Source: Candidatus Babeliales bacterium
GTDB lineage: Bacteria; Babelota; Babeliae; Babelales; JACPOV01
Assembly: GCA_050250855.1 (NCBI GenBank)
Contig: JBFWNW010000001.1
Coordinates: 376,279 to 440,278 of the forward strand
Direction: 5' to 3'
Length of the DNA stretch: 64,000 nt
The notes under the pieces were generated by a model. That model did not search any database. It saw only the letters and a program-made list of their open reading frames with translations, and was not told where the DNA came from. Numbering within the stretch: the first letter of the stretch is position 1; every line of letters starts with the position of its first letter. The position numbers and the translations under genes were made by a program. Positions 9,445 to 17,833 of this stretch are shown one piece after another.

Positions 9445-11343
9445 TTATTTTCGCCACCAATTAAAACTAGAATTTTTAAACGTATCAACCCATGAGTTGG
9501 TGAACTCTTTTAGAGTGTCAACGATTGAGTAAGGATTATAATACCAGAGTAAGCCTATGCCAAAAAGAGTGGCAGCAGAGCCAACGCCAGCTTTTGTATA
9601 AAAACCCATAGGTAATTTATTTTTATTTTGTTTAGAATTTTCTTGGTTATTTGGTTGCGTAGGCGCCGGGATGATTTTTTTAGGAGCTTTTGGTTTAGGG
9701 TATTTTTTTAAAATAGCATCAAGAGGAGCAATATTCATGCCTTTCAAATCCATAAAGAAAACGCCACCATCTTTTTTTAACAAAGCGAGTTTGCCATTCG
9801 TGTGAAATTCAATACCTTTGATGTCCAAAGTGTTTTCTAATTCTAGGGGCGTTGTAATGTACGTTTCTCTTTCTACTTTTTCTACGAGTGCGCCTTGTTT
9901 TTTTGCTTTTTCTAAAAAAGGATCTTTATGCCTTGTTTGAATCATTAACCATTTTTTGTTGCTCGAGTCTGAGCCAATAGCAAAAAATATTTTATTATCT
10001 TGTGCTACCGTAAAGCAATCTACGGTTTTAAGTTCATACGGAAGGTTTAATCTTTTTATGTAATTATTGACATTATCATAGATATCATAAATATATTTAT
10101 CAGTAAAAAAACCCGGTTGTTCAACTAAAAAGGTTTGATAATTGTTAGTTTTGAGAAAATCTTTGATTTTTGTATAATCAACAAATCTTTTTTTACCGGA
10201 AGTGCGTTGATATTTATTTTCAATAGTTTCATTTTCTAGCTGCCTATTTTTAAGTTCAACTTTTTCATTAAAATCATTTGCAAAGATATACTCTTTAAGT
10301 GTTTGATTAACACCTTGTGGAAAATGGTTTTTATATTCTTCAGACCTTAAGAATAAATTTGTACGCTCTTTAACCTTTTCAGGCGAATTGTTTTGAGTAA
10401 TTATTCTTTTTAAATCCATAAAGAAAACGCCATCATCTTTTTTTAATAAAGCGAGTTTGCCATTCGTGTGAAATTCAATACCTTTGATGTCCCAATCGCT
10501 TTCCAATTCTAGAGGCGTTGTTATGTAGTAGTCGCTCTCATCTTCTTTTTGTGCGAGATTATCTTGTTTGTCGTTTTCTTGGTAAGGATCTTTATATCTT
10601 GTTTGAATCATTAACCATTTTTTGTTGCTCGAGTCTGAGCCAATAGTAAAAAATATTGTGTTATCTTGCGATGCCGTAAAACAGTCTACGGTCCAAAGAT
10701 CTTCAGGAACCTTTAGCCTTGTTACATGATTATTAGCATTGTCATAGATATCATAACATTCAAAATTATCTATCGTGTGAAGAAAAGATATAGAATTGTC
10801 ATTATTTATTTGTATAGGTTGAAATGCGTTAACTAAAAAAATTTGATAATTATTTGTTTTTTTAAAATCTAGAAGTCGAGTGATATGACTATTATTTAAT
10901 ATAAAACATTTTTTATAAAAAGGATCATCTTTTGAAGAGAGTTTAGGACAAAGTTTGCTATAATTTTCATATATAGTGTCATTTTCTAACTGTGTATTTT
11001 TAAGTTCAACTTTTTCCTTAAAATCATTTACAAACATATACTCTTTAAGTGTTTGATTAACACCTTGTGGAAAATGTTTTTTATATTCTTCAGACCTTAA
11101 GAATAAATTTGTACACTCTTTAACCTTTTCAGGCGAATTGTTTTGAGCACTGTTGTTATTTTTTTGTAGAGAGTTTTGTGGGATACTTTTTTTAATAATA
11201 TCCCAATTTTTTTTAGAATTCTTTTTTAAAAGTCCGCTTTGATACCATGCTGGAAAGGTAAAAGGCTTTTGCCTTTCGGTCAACTGCATGCCATGCGCAA
11301 AGCAGGTATTCAGAGCTATGAGTAGTAGTAATAGTTTTTTCAT
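9445..11343 (-). CDS. Exported protein with internal ~250-aa duplication and WYYNPY...WWRK tail
   Basis: MKKLL leader; QNNSPEKVKE...GVFFMDLK unit occurs twice; tail LWYYNPYSIVDTLKEFT. Confidence 0.8.
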   Translation of the reverse strand: MKKLLLLLIALNTCFAHGMQLTERQKPFTFPAWYQSGLLKKNSKKNWDIIKKSIPQNSLQKNNNSAQNNSPEKVKECTNLFLRSEEYKKHFPQGVNQTLKEYMFVNDFKEKVELKNTQLENDTIYENYSKLCPKLSSKDDPFYKKCFILNNSHITRLLDFKKTNNYQIFLVNAFQPIQINNDNSISFLHTIDNFECYDIYDNANNHVTRLKVPEDLWTVDCFTASQDNTIFFTIGSDSSNKKWLMIQTRYKDPYQENDKQDNLAQKEDESDYYITTPLELESDWDIKGIEFHTNGKLALLKKDDGVFFMDLKRIITQNNSPEKVKERTNLFLRSEEYKNHFPQGVNQTLKEYIFANDFNEKVELKNRQLENETIENKYQRTSGKKRFVDYTKIKDFLKTNNYQTFLVEQPGFFTDKYIYDIYDNVNNYIKRLNLPYELKTVDCFTVAQDNKIFFAIGSDSSNKKWLMIQTRHKDPFLEKAKKQGALVEKVERETYITTPLELENTLDIKGIEFHTNGKLALLKKDGGVFFMDLKGMNIAPLDAILKKYPKPKAPKKIIPAPTQPNNQENSKQNKNKLPMGFYTKAGVGSAATLFGIGLLWYYNPYSIVDTLKEFTNSWVDTFKNSSFNWWRK

Positions 11344-11371
11344 GATGTCCTTCATTTAGTTTTTGCTTTTT

Positions 11372-12463
11372 TTAGTTGTAAAGATTTTCATTTCTGTAAT
11401 CAGCTTTATAATTCTTAAATAAACCGGCAACATAGCCTCCAAGGTAGCCAAACCAAGGCTTTGCAGCTTCTTTTGTTTGCTGTGCATATCCCATTAATAT
11501 ATTCATTGGGGTTGTTACTTCTGGCACAGATACTGGTTGTGCTACGAATTTTTCTATGTGCTCTAGAGCGGGTTGCACAGAAAATTCTGGCTGTTCTACA
11601 GCTACCGGTATTTCTAGCTCTGGCGTAGGCAGCGCAGTTTCAGTTTTATTCCACCAGCCAACCTTATTAAAGAAATTTCCTATTGAGCTTGTTACGGTGT
11701 TCAACGTATCAGTCATGGCCTCTGGGTAATAGTAATACGCAGCAGCAGTAGCGCCAATAGTACAAAGACCTACGGTAGCATAGAGCCACAAGCGTGATGT
11801 TGGTTTTATAACTTCACCGAATGTAATATTATTTGTTAGATGCGTGGTGCGATACTCTTTTTCTTTGTTGGCAACGGTTAACTTTTCTTGTAATGATGGT
11901 GCAAACCAGCATAGTTTGGCAGCCTTCATTATATACGGTTGATTTTCAATAGTTACTTCTATTGAATCGCCTTCGCGCATATCTTGTAGTTTTTCAAGAG
12001 GCAAGAATTGCGGCCATTGATGTAGTTGAGGAATGTCACCTTGAGGAGCTAATTTTTTATTCTGTGCATTGTTCATATCAATCCACGTTTTGATAGGAAG
12101 ATATATATTTTCATCATTTTCACCTGTGCCAAAAGCAACTGTTTTAACCTTTGGATCTAGGGTGAAATTAAGGTAAACAGACTGTTTAAGCTCTTTTATT
12201 GGCTCAACTGCCTTTTGGACAGGCTTTTCTGAATTTGTAGAAATACTGTATTCTTGGTTTCCAGAACGTTTTTTAAGTAAGTTCAGAGATGCGGCTGTAA
12301 AAGTAGGCTTATTTAATGTTTGCCCTATCTTAAATTTAGAAGGTATTTTTGAGGCATTTTGGCCGCTACTTGTCAATAGTAGTCGATTAAATTGTGGTTT
12401 TTTCTCCATACCCTGGGTCAAACCGGTGCCAAGGGCTAGAAGGATTAATAATAGTTTTTTCAT
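11372..12463 (-). CDS. Exported paralog-family protein with a degenerate internal tail and a C-terminal extension
   Basis: MKKLL leader; FLPLEKLQDMREGD domain; AYYYYPEAMTDTLNTVTSSIGNFFNKVGWWNK resembles the family tail. Confidence 0.75.
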   Translation of the reverse strand: MKKLLLILLALGTGLTQGMEKKPQFNRLLLTSSGQNASKIPSKFKIGQTLNKPTFTAASLNLLKKRSGNQEYSISTNSEKPVQKAVEPIKELKQSVYLNFTLDPKVKTVAFGTGENDENIYLPIKTWIDMNNAQNKKLAPQGDIPQLHQWPQFLPLEKLQDMREGDSIEVTIENQPYIMKAAKLCWFAPSLQEKLTVANKEKEYRTTHLTNNITFGEVIKPTSRLWLYATVGLCTIGATAAAYYYYPEAMTDTLNTVTSSIGNFFNKVGWWNKTETALPTPELEIPVAVEQPEFSVQPALEHIEKFVAQPVSVPEVTTPMNILMGYAQQTKEAAKPWFGYLGGYVAGLFKNYKADYRNENLYN

Positions 12464-12612
12464 AATAAACTCCATTTTATAGAAATAATATTTAGCATTT
12501 GTCAATTACTATTCTACCCTAAATAGCATAAAAATCAAGACCCTGGCTATAAATATTTTATATTAGAAATAGTATAAGGTTTGGCCAGGTTGGCCGTATT
12601 GAGGGGGGAAAG

Positions 12613-12958
12613 TTATTTTAGGTTTTGTGTAATGCGGTAGCACCTGAGGGCGCCATCGAGGAAGATTATGGTATTGAAGGCCATCAGGAGCAGATGTAGC
12701 TGGTGCGGGAAGAGCATCATGAGGCTGAATACTATAAAGGCTTCTGCGCGCTCTACCAGGCTATGGTCGTGGTGCATGCTTTTTGAACCAGTATTTTCAA
12801 AAAGAGCTCCTGCTGCAAGAAAGGTTGAAAAATGGAAAAGCAGGGCAATCATAAAAAGTAGGTGCGGTCAGAGTAGAAGGGGTTAGGTAATGTGCAGCTA
12901 GCAAGCCAAGCTGGTTAAACCAAGGTTGTATTTTTATACGAATTTGGGACTCTAACAT
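12613..12958 (-). pseudogene. CDP-alcohol phosphatidyltransferase-like (YnjF-like) remnant with internal deletion and frameshift
   Basis: AAGGAG + ATG 12958 gives MLESQIRIKIQPWFNQLG..LTPSTLT; another frame gives STFLAAGALFENTGSKSMHHDHSLVERAEAFIVF; the central DGxxAR region is absent. Confidence 0.6.
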
Positions 12959-13019
12959 TATACTCCTTATGTTTATAAACTTAGAGCTTACCGATAAATT
13001 CAAGAAAATCATATTTTGT

Positions 13020-13227
13020 GTTCGCACCCTTCGACGAGCTCAGGGCGAACGGAGTAGAAAAGTGTTTATATTAAAACCGTTCGTGCTGATCCTTCGATCG
13101 AACTCAGGAGTAAACGCTGCGCTCAACACTCACTCCGTTCGTGCTGACCCTTCGATCCAACTCAGGAGTAAACGCTGCGCTCAACACTCACTCCGTTCGT
13201 GCTGAGCTTGTCGAAGCATTCGAATGG
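13020..13227. repeat. REPIN-like doublet whose right arm contains a 58-bp tandem duplication
   Basis: CCCTTCGACGAGCTCAGGGCGAACGG left arm; CCGTTCGTGCTGA at 13077, 13135 and 13193; homologous to the reverse complement of 50902-51070. Confidence 0.85.
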
Positions 13228-13306
13228 TAATTAATAATTTTTTGCAAAGATAGTTTTGCATCTTTCTTTTTAGGAGTAAAATAGCTACACTGTAGAATAA
13301 CTAAAA

Positions 13307-13380
13307 GTGCCCGTAGCTCAGTAGGATAGAGCGACAGATTCCTAATCTGTAGGCCGCCGGTTCAAATCCGGTCGGGCACT
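13307..13380 (+). tRNA. tRNA-Arg (anticodon CCT), CCA not encoded
   Basis: GTGCCCG/CGGGCAC acceptor stem, ACAGA-TTCCTAA-TCTGT anticodon arm, GGTTCAAATCC T arm. Confidence 0.95.
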
Positions 13381-13383
13381 TTC

Positions 13384-15051
13384 TTAATTTGATATTTGTT
13401 TTAATAATTGTTCAAGATAATATTTTATAGTAGTAAGCGTGCTGTTTAATGCTTGATAATCCAATTCAAGTTCTTCAGCTTCTTGTGTTGATATGCGCAG
13501 CTTTGCAAGTTCTTCTTTGCCACCCAAGTAAGCATCGTACGCTTTTTTACTTGCTTGATTGCGCAAGGTGAATTTGATTTGACGTATTTTTTTATACTCG
13601 TCGGAATCCGGTTCAAGTTTAAAGCTATCGCAGATAGTTGCTATTTGCAGAGGCGTATATTCATAACGTTTTGCCGATTCTAAGCCAATTTTTTCATAAA
13701 TAGTGTTGATATCAAGCCCCTTTTGCTTTAAATGATTTAATGATTTTTGATAATCTTGGTAAAATTCTTCATCATTTTTATCAGAAATTAAGATAAGGAT
13801 ATTAGGTAGGCTATCAATAGTATCTTTTATATATTCTATTGTTTTTTCAAGAATAGTTCTAAGAGCAGAGCGTAGCTCTGGTTGTTGAATTTCTTGGAGC
13901 TCTTTTTGAGCATTTTTAAAAAGCGTTTCTAATTCTTTATTTAATGCTTCTTCAGATAAAAGGGGTTGCTGTGTTTGCTCACGAAGGATTTTTTTGTTTA
14001 TTGCTTCAAGTTGATCTTTTACAACAGTGAATAATGTTTTTAATGTAGGTATGGCAAACGTAGTGGGAAGCTCTTCTTTACGAATAATGATTTCATTGCC
14101 AATACGTATATCAAGATTGTTGTTATACTTTTTTTCTAATAGTTCTTTTAACGCTAGCGCGGGATTGCTGATTTGTTGCACTTCATAAGGAATATTTTCA
14201 ACCTGTTGCCACATATAAGAAAGGCCCAAGCCCCTAGCTTTGTTTAGTTTTTCTGTATCGATAGTAAATTTACTAAAGAGCTCAAGAGCTTTTTCAGGAA
14301 CATATTCTTCGCGATTATGCAAAGGCGTTTCACCATTTAAAGGAAATCCTTGCATATGAATAAAAAAGAGATTTTTAGTGCGGTCAACGTTGCCAAATAT
14401 AAGAGCGTTGTTAGTGTCAAAATCAATTTTGTAATGCGTGTATTCAGGTTTTTTAGTATAACCAAAGAAGCGGCCCGGTGTAACAAATCCTTTTGCTGCA
14501 TAATATTCATTAAAACGGCCAGATGCAAAAGGATATGCTGATCCCTTAACAAACCAAAGTTCTGTATTCATATCCCCATCATAGACACTGCGAACATAAT
14601 CTTTTAAAAAATTATAAATAGGTTGATCAGCAGATTCCTCTATAATGAGTGTTCCCTGTTTGAATTCTTGGCCTTTTTCTATATAAAGTGTCTTCATGAG
14701 GTCTATGATAGTTTGTACATAATCTTTTTGAGAAATGGTTGGCGCTACCAGATAGTTATGAGCCATGAGCTCTTTGGCACGGTTAATAGTTTCTGTGAAT
14801 TTATGAGGAATTATTTTTATACTTTTTAGGAACGTAGATTGTAATTCTTGTACTTTTTTTTCGTAAGCTTCTTTAAGGGCGATTTGGTCTTTTATTTCAG
14901 TATAATTTTTTTTGAGCGCTTCGTAGCGCGTTGTAGCTTCCTGCGGATTTAATGACGCATTAATTTTTTGTATATCATCCTGCAGAGAGGCAGAAAGATG
15001 TGCCACGAAGAGAATTTGGATGATAAGCGTAATAATAAATTTACTTTTCAT
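13384..15051 (-). CDS. Exported hypothetical protein, helical, with possible degenerate J-domain-like C-terminus
   Basis: Signal peptide; 555-aa ORF; IYEKIGL...LRNQASKKAYDAYL, no HPD. Confidence 0.7.
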   Translation of the reverse strand: MKSKFIITLIIQILFVAHLSASLQDDIQKINASLNPQEATTRYEALKKNYTEIKDQIALKEAYEKKVQELQSTFLKSIKIIPHKFTETINRAKELMAHNYLVAPTISQKDYVQTIIDLMKTLYIEKGQEFKQGTLIIEESADQPIYNFLKDYVRSVYDGDMNTELWFVKGSAYPFASGRFNEYYAAKGFVTPGRFFGYTKKPEYTHYKIDFDTNNALIFGNVDRTKNLFFIHMQGFPLNGETPLHNREEYVPEKALELFSKFTIDTEKLNKARGLGLSYMWQQVENIPYEVQQISNPALALKELLEKKYNNNLDIRIGNEIIIRKEELPTTFAIPTLKTLFTVVKDQLEAINKKILREQTQQPLLSEEALNKELETLFKNAQKELQEIQQPELRSALRTILEKTIEYIKDTIDSLPNILILISDKNDEEFYQDYQKSLNHLKQKGLDINTIYEKIGLESAKRYEYTPLQIATICDSFKLEPDSDEYKKIRQIKFTLRNQASKKAYDAYLGGKEELAKLRISTQEAEELELDYQALNSTLTTIKYYLEQLLKQISN

Positions 15052-15066
15052 CGGAACATCCTCTTT

Positions 15067-15090
15067 AAGAGGCGCACAGAGCGCCCCTTT
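15067..15090 (-). terminator. Probable intrinsic terminator
   Basis: AAGAGGCGC-ACAGA-GCGCCCCTT hairpin directly after the stop of 15090..15377. Confidence 0.55.
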
Positions 15091-15377
15091 TAATTCTTAA
15101 ATTCCCAGAAATTTGGATATTTATTTTCAAGCTCTTTTTCTTTTTGCTTATACAGTCTATCTAAAGCCCTGCGTTGTACAGAACCCTTAGGGAATTGATT
15201 TGCTACATTATCTTTAAACCAATCTTCAAGCTCCTCAAAGTTGGTTACATCTAAATTCGTAAGTTCCTCTTTAATTTGAGAAAAAGTTTGCTGTTGAGCA
15301 GCTCTTCTTTGTTCTGCAGCATTAATGCCCTGAGTAAGCATTAAACCACCGAGTACTAGTATTAGTATTTTCTTCAT
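15090..15377 (-). CDS. Small exported helical protein (cassette family)
   Basis: MKKILILVLGGLMLTQGINA leader shared with 16493 and 17178 ORFs. Confidence 0.8.
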   Translation of the reverse strand: MKKILILVLGGLMLTQGINAAEQRRAAQQQTFSQIKEELTNLDVTNFEELEDWFKDNVANQFPKGSVQRRALDRLYKQKEKELENKYPNFWEFKN

Positions 15378-15556
15378 GAGATTCCTTTTTTTAAAAAACT
15401 ATTATTATCTCTAACTATACGCTATTTTGAGCATAAAAATCAATAAAATAGCCACTTGGGAGGCATTTTCAGGTTTGGGATTGTTTAAAAATGCCTTTGA
15501 GTTGGGCTGGGCAAAAAGAAAGAGGCGCGGAGTTTTATCCCTGCGCCTCTTCTTTC
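15378..15556 (-). repeat. Repeated intergenic unit copy 1 (terminator + inverted repeats + sigma70-like promoter + RBS)
   Basis: On minus strand: GAGGCG hairpin, TTGATT-18bp-TATAGT (15443..15414), AAGGAATCTC-ATG. Confidence 0.8.
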
Positions 15557-15577
15557 TTAGATTTTTGAACATGAGTA

Positions 15578-16309
15578 TTATTCTAACGGTTTATACCCGA
15601 GTTCTTTTACAATATCAATATCAATTTCAGGTTTTTCTATATAAGGGTTGAAGAAAGACTCTGATTCTAATATTTTTTGAGCTTCTGCTTTAAAATATTT
15701 TTCAGCGTTTTTAAAATGAGGGTCTGCTGCTAATTCTAATGCTATATTTAATTTTTCTAAGGGCGTGTAATCTGGCGTTGTAAAGAGGTATGAGGCAATA
15801 TTGCTGATTACATCATAGGGCATATTTGCTCCAGGTAGCTTCTGTTTAAAAGCAATGATGGCACCCCATACTTTACCAGTGTTGCCGCCAAGGATTTTTC
15901 CATGAGAAGCATTCAATTTGTGGGCAGTATTATTTAAAATTTTTTTTGCTTTTTCTTTAAAAGCAACTTCAGCTATTTCTGGTAAAAAATCATGTTGTTT
16001 TCTAAGTTCAAAAAGCCCTTCTAGATTTTCAGGTGATTTTTTTACATCAGTAATAATTTCTTCTGTTGTTTCTTTTTCAAGCTCTAGACTTTTTTTAGTA
16101 TAAGCTTTTGCTACAGCAAGGTAACCCGGGTCATTTTCTGTCGGGTATTCAATAAGTGCATTTTGATAAGCTACAGCGAGTTCATCAAAATTTTGTGCGG
16201 CATTGATTGCCTGAAGATGGTGCTCTAATTTTTCAGGTCTATCACTTGCATTAAGAAAAAGCGTTGCAAAAGCAAGCATGATGGTCAGAGTGAAAATTTT
16301 ATTCTTCAT
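15578..16309 (-). CDS. Exported protein (cassette family) with F-box-like motif
   Basis: ATG 16309 after the same RBS as its neighbours; leader MKNKIFTL..LNA; MPYDVISNIASYL. Confidence 0.75.
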   Translation of the reverse strand: MKNKIFTLTIMLAFATLFLNASDRPEKLEHHLQAINAAQNFDELAVAYQNALIEYPTENDPGYLAVAKAYTKKSLELEKETTEEIITDVKKSPENLEGLFELRKQHDFLPEIAEVAFKEKAKKILNNTAHKLNASHGKILGGNTGKVWGAIIAFKQKLPGANMPYDVISNIASYLFTTPDYTPLEKLNIALELAADPHFKNAEKYFKAEAQKILESESFFNPYIEKPEIDIDIVKELGYKPLE

Positions 16310-16480
16310 GAGATTCCTTTTTTTTAAAAAACTATTATTATCGCTCACTATACGCTATTTTGAGTATAAAAATCAATAAAATGGCCATTTGGATGGCATT
16401 TTCAGGTTCGTGCGTTTTTAAAAATGCTTTTGATTGCTAGGGTAAAAGAAAGAGAGGCGGGGATAACTCCGCGCCTCTCT
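16310..16480 (-). repeat. Repeated intergenic unit copy 2
   Basis: Same layout as copy 1; AGAGAGGCG..CGCCTCTCT hairpin at 16451-16480. Confidence 0.8.
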
Positions 16481-16492
16481 TGTTGTATTGTT

Positions 16493-16969
16493 TTACTTTG
16501 AGATAAGTATATAGAACAGGATATCTTTATGATTATCCAATATGTGCTTTTGCTGAGAAGTAAGATTCTTGGTTTTCAATACTTCTTTAACCTTTTTATT
16601 AAGTGCATTCTCTATTGATGGGAAACGAAAAACTTCTAGAGCTTCAGAATCGTTTTCGATAAAGTTTACAAGCTCTTCTGCAGTTTCAAAGTTTTGTATC
16701 TTTTGAGTGATTTCGTCTATACCTTCTTTGAAGGTTGGCTCAATTTTCTTAAGTTGACGTTCAAATTCATCTTTAAGTACAGCAGGAATATTTGGAGCAA
16801 GAGGAGCTATGACTTCCACAGTCCACCATTGGTGAAGATCATTCAAGTTTGCTGCTTTAAGATTTCTAAGTTCATTCAAAAGTTTTCCAACGTTTTTTTG
16901 CTGTTGTGCAGCATTAATGCCTTGAGTAAGCATTAAACCACTGAGTACGAGTATTAGTATTTTTTTCAT
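16493..16969 (-). CDS. Small exported helical protein (cassette family)
   Basis: MKKILILVLSGLMLTQGINAAQQQK leader. Confidence 0.8.
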   Translation of the reverse strand: MKKILILVLSGLMLTQGINAAQQQKNVGKLLNELRNLKAANLNDLHQWWTVEVIAPLAPNIPAVLKDEFERQLKKIEPTFKEGIDEITQKIQNFETAEELVNFIENDSEALEVFRFPSIENALNKKVKEVLKTKNLTSQQKHILDNHKDILFYILISK

Positions 16970-17143
16970 GAGATTCCTTTCTTTTTTAAATACTACTATT
17001 ATTCCTCACTATACGCTATTTTGGTTATAAAAATCAACAAAATGGGCATTTGGATGGCATTTTCAGGTTTGGTGGCTTTTAAAAAGGCCTTTGGTTGCTA
17101 GGGGGGCAAAAAGAAAGAGAGGCGGGGATAACTCCGCGCCTCT
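16970..17143 (-). repeat. Repeated intergenic unit copy 3
   Basis: Same layout; hairpin nearly identical to copy 2. Confidence 0.8.
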
Positions 17144-17177
17144 TTAAAATATCTAAAATATTATTGATTTAATATTT

Positions 17178-17684
17178 TTACTCATTCAAACGTTCTTCCA
17201 ACAAGCCTTTGTAGGCAAGCTTGAAAGCATTTATTTTTAAAAATATTTCTGGTTCAGTTATAGCTTCTTTCTGCAATTTTTTTAATTGCTCAACGAAAGC
17301 TTCTTCTAGTTCCATTGATTGTAGAATGGCTAGAGCATCTTTGTCTTTAAGTATAAAATTCTGAACATCGCTTACGTTTTTAAGATTTTGAATTTTGCTT
17401 TTAACTTCTGTTACCATAGCGTTGAAGCTTGAATCAATTTCTTTACGTTTATCTTGATAAGCTCTTGCAAGAGTTGAAAAGTCTTTACTCTCAACTTCAC
17501 CTTCGTTAGGAGCAAACCTAAAGTAAACGTTATTTACAAACCAATCACGAAGTTGTTCAAAGTTTTCTGCCTTTGAATTTTTAAGTTCAGACAAAAGTTG
17601 ATTAACGCTTTTTTGCTGTTGCGCAGCATTAATGCCTTGAGTAAGCATTAAACCACTGAGCATTAGTATTAGTATTTTTTTCAT
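17178..17684 (-). CDS. Small exported helical protein (cassette family)
   Basis: MKKILILMLSGLMLTQGINAAQQQK leader. Confidence 0.8.
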   Translation of the reverse strand: MKKILILMLSGLMLTQGINAAQQQKSVNQLLSELKNSKAENFEQLRDWFVNNVYFRFAPNEGEVESKDFSTLARAYQDKRKEIDSSFNAMVTEVKSKIQNLKNVSDVQNFILKDKDALAILQSMELEEAFVEQLKKLQKEAITEPEIFLKINAFKLAYKGLLEERLNE

Positions 17685-17833
17685 GAGATTCCCTTCTTTT
17701 TTAAATACTACTATTATCCCTAACTATACGCTATTTTGAGTATAAAAATCAATAAAATGGTCATTTGGACGGCATTTTAAGGGTTGGTGGCTTTTAAAAA
17801 GGCCTTTGGTTGCTAGGGGCTAAAAAAGAGGCG
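17685..17833 (-). repeat. Repeated intergenic unit copy 4 (truncated in the hairpin; overlaps oxidase 3' end)
   Basis: Same promoter and RBS; ends at AAAAAAGAGGCG inside the last codons of 17813..18871. Confidence 0.75.

Noticed and set aside
13077..13205. Possible mini CRISPR array (three 13-bp repeats at 58-bp period)
   Set aside because: The repeats are too short, the two spacers are nearly identical, the repeat is part of a REP arm, and no cas genes are present
12969..13205. 78-aa ORF
   Set aside because: Read-through of REP/tandem repeat sequence
4910..13380. Integrated prophage or island bounded by tRNA direct repeats
   Set aside because: The two tRNAs are different complete isoacceptors rather than an att duplication; no integrase or phage genes
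15378..17833. Integron attC sites
   Set aside because: No clear RYYYAAC/GTTRRRY boundaries and no integrase in the window; the repeat is largely explained as terminator plus promoter
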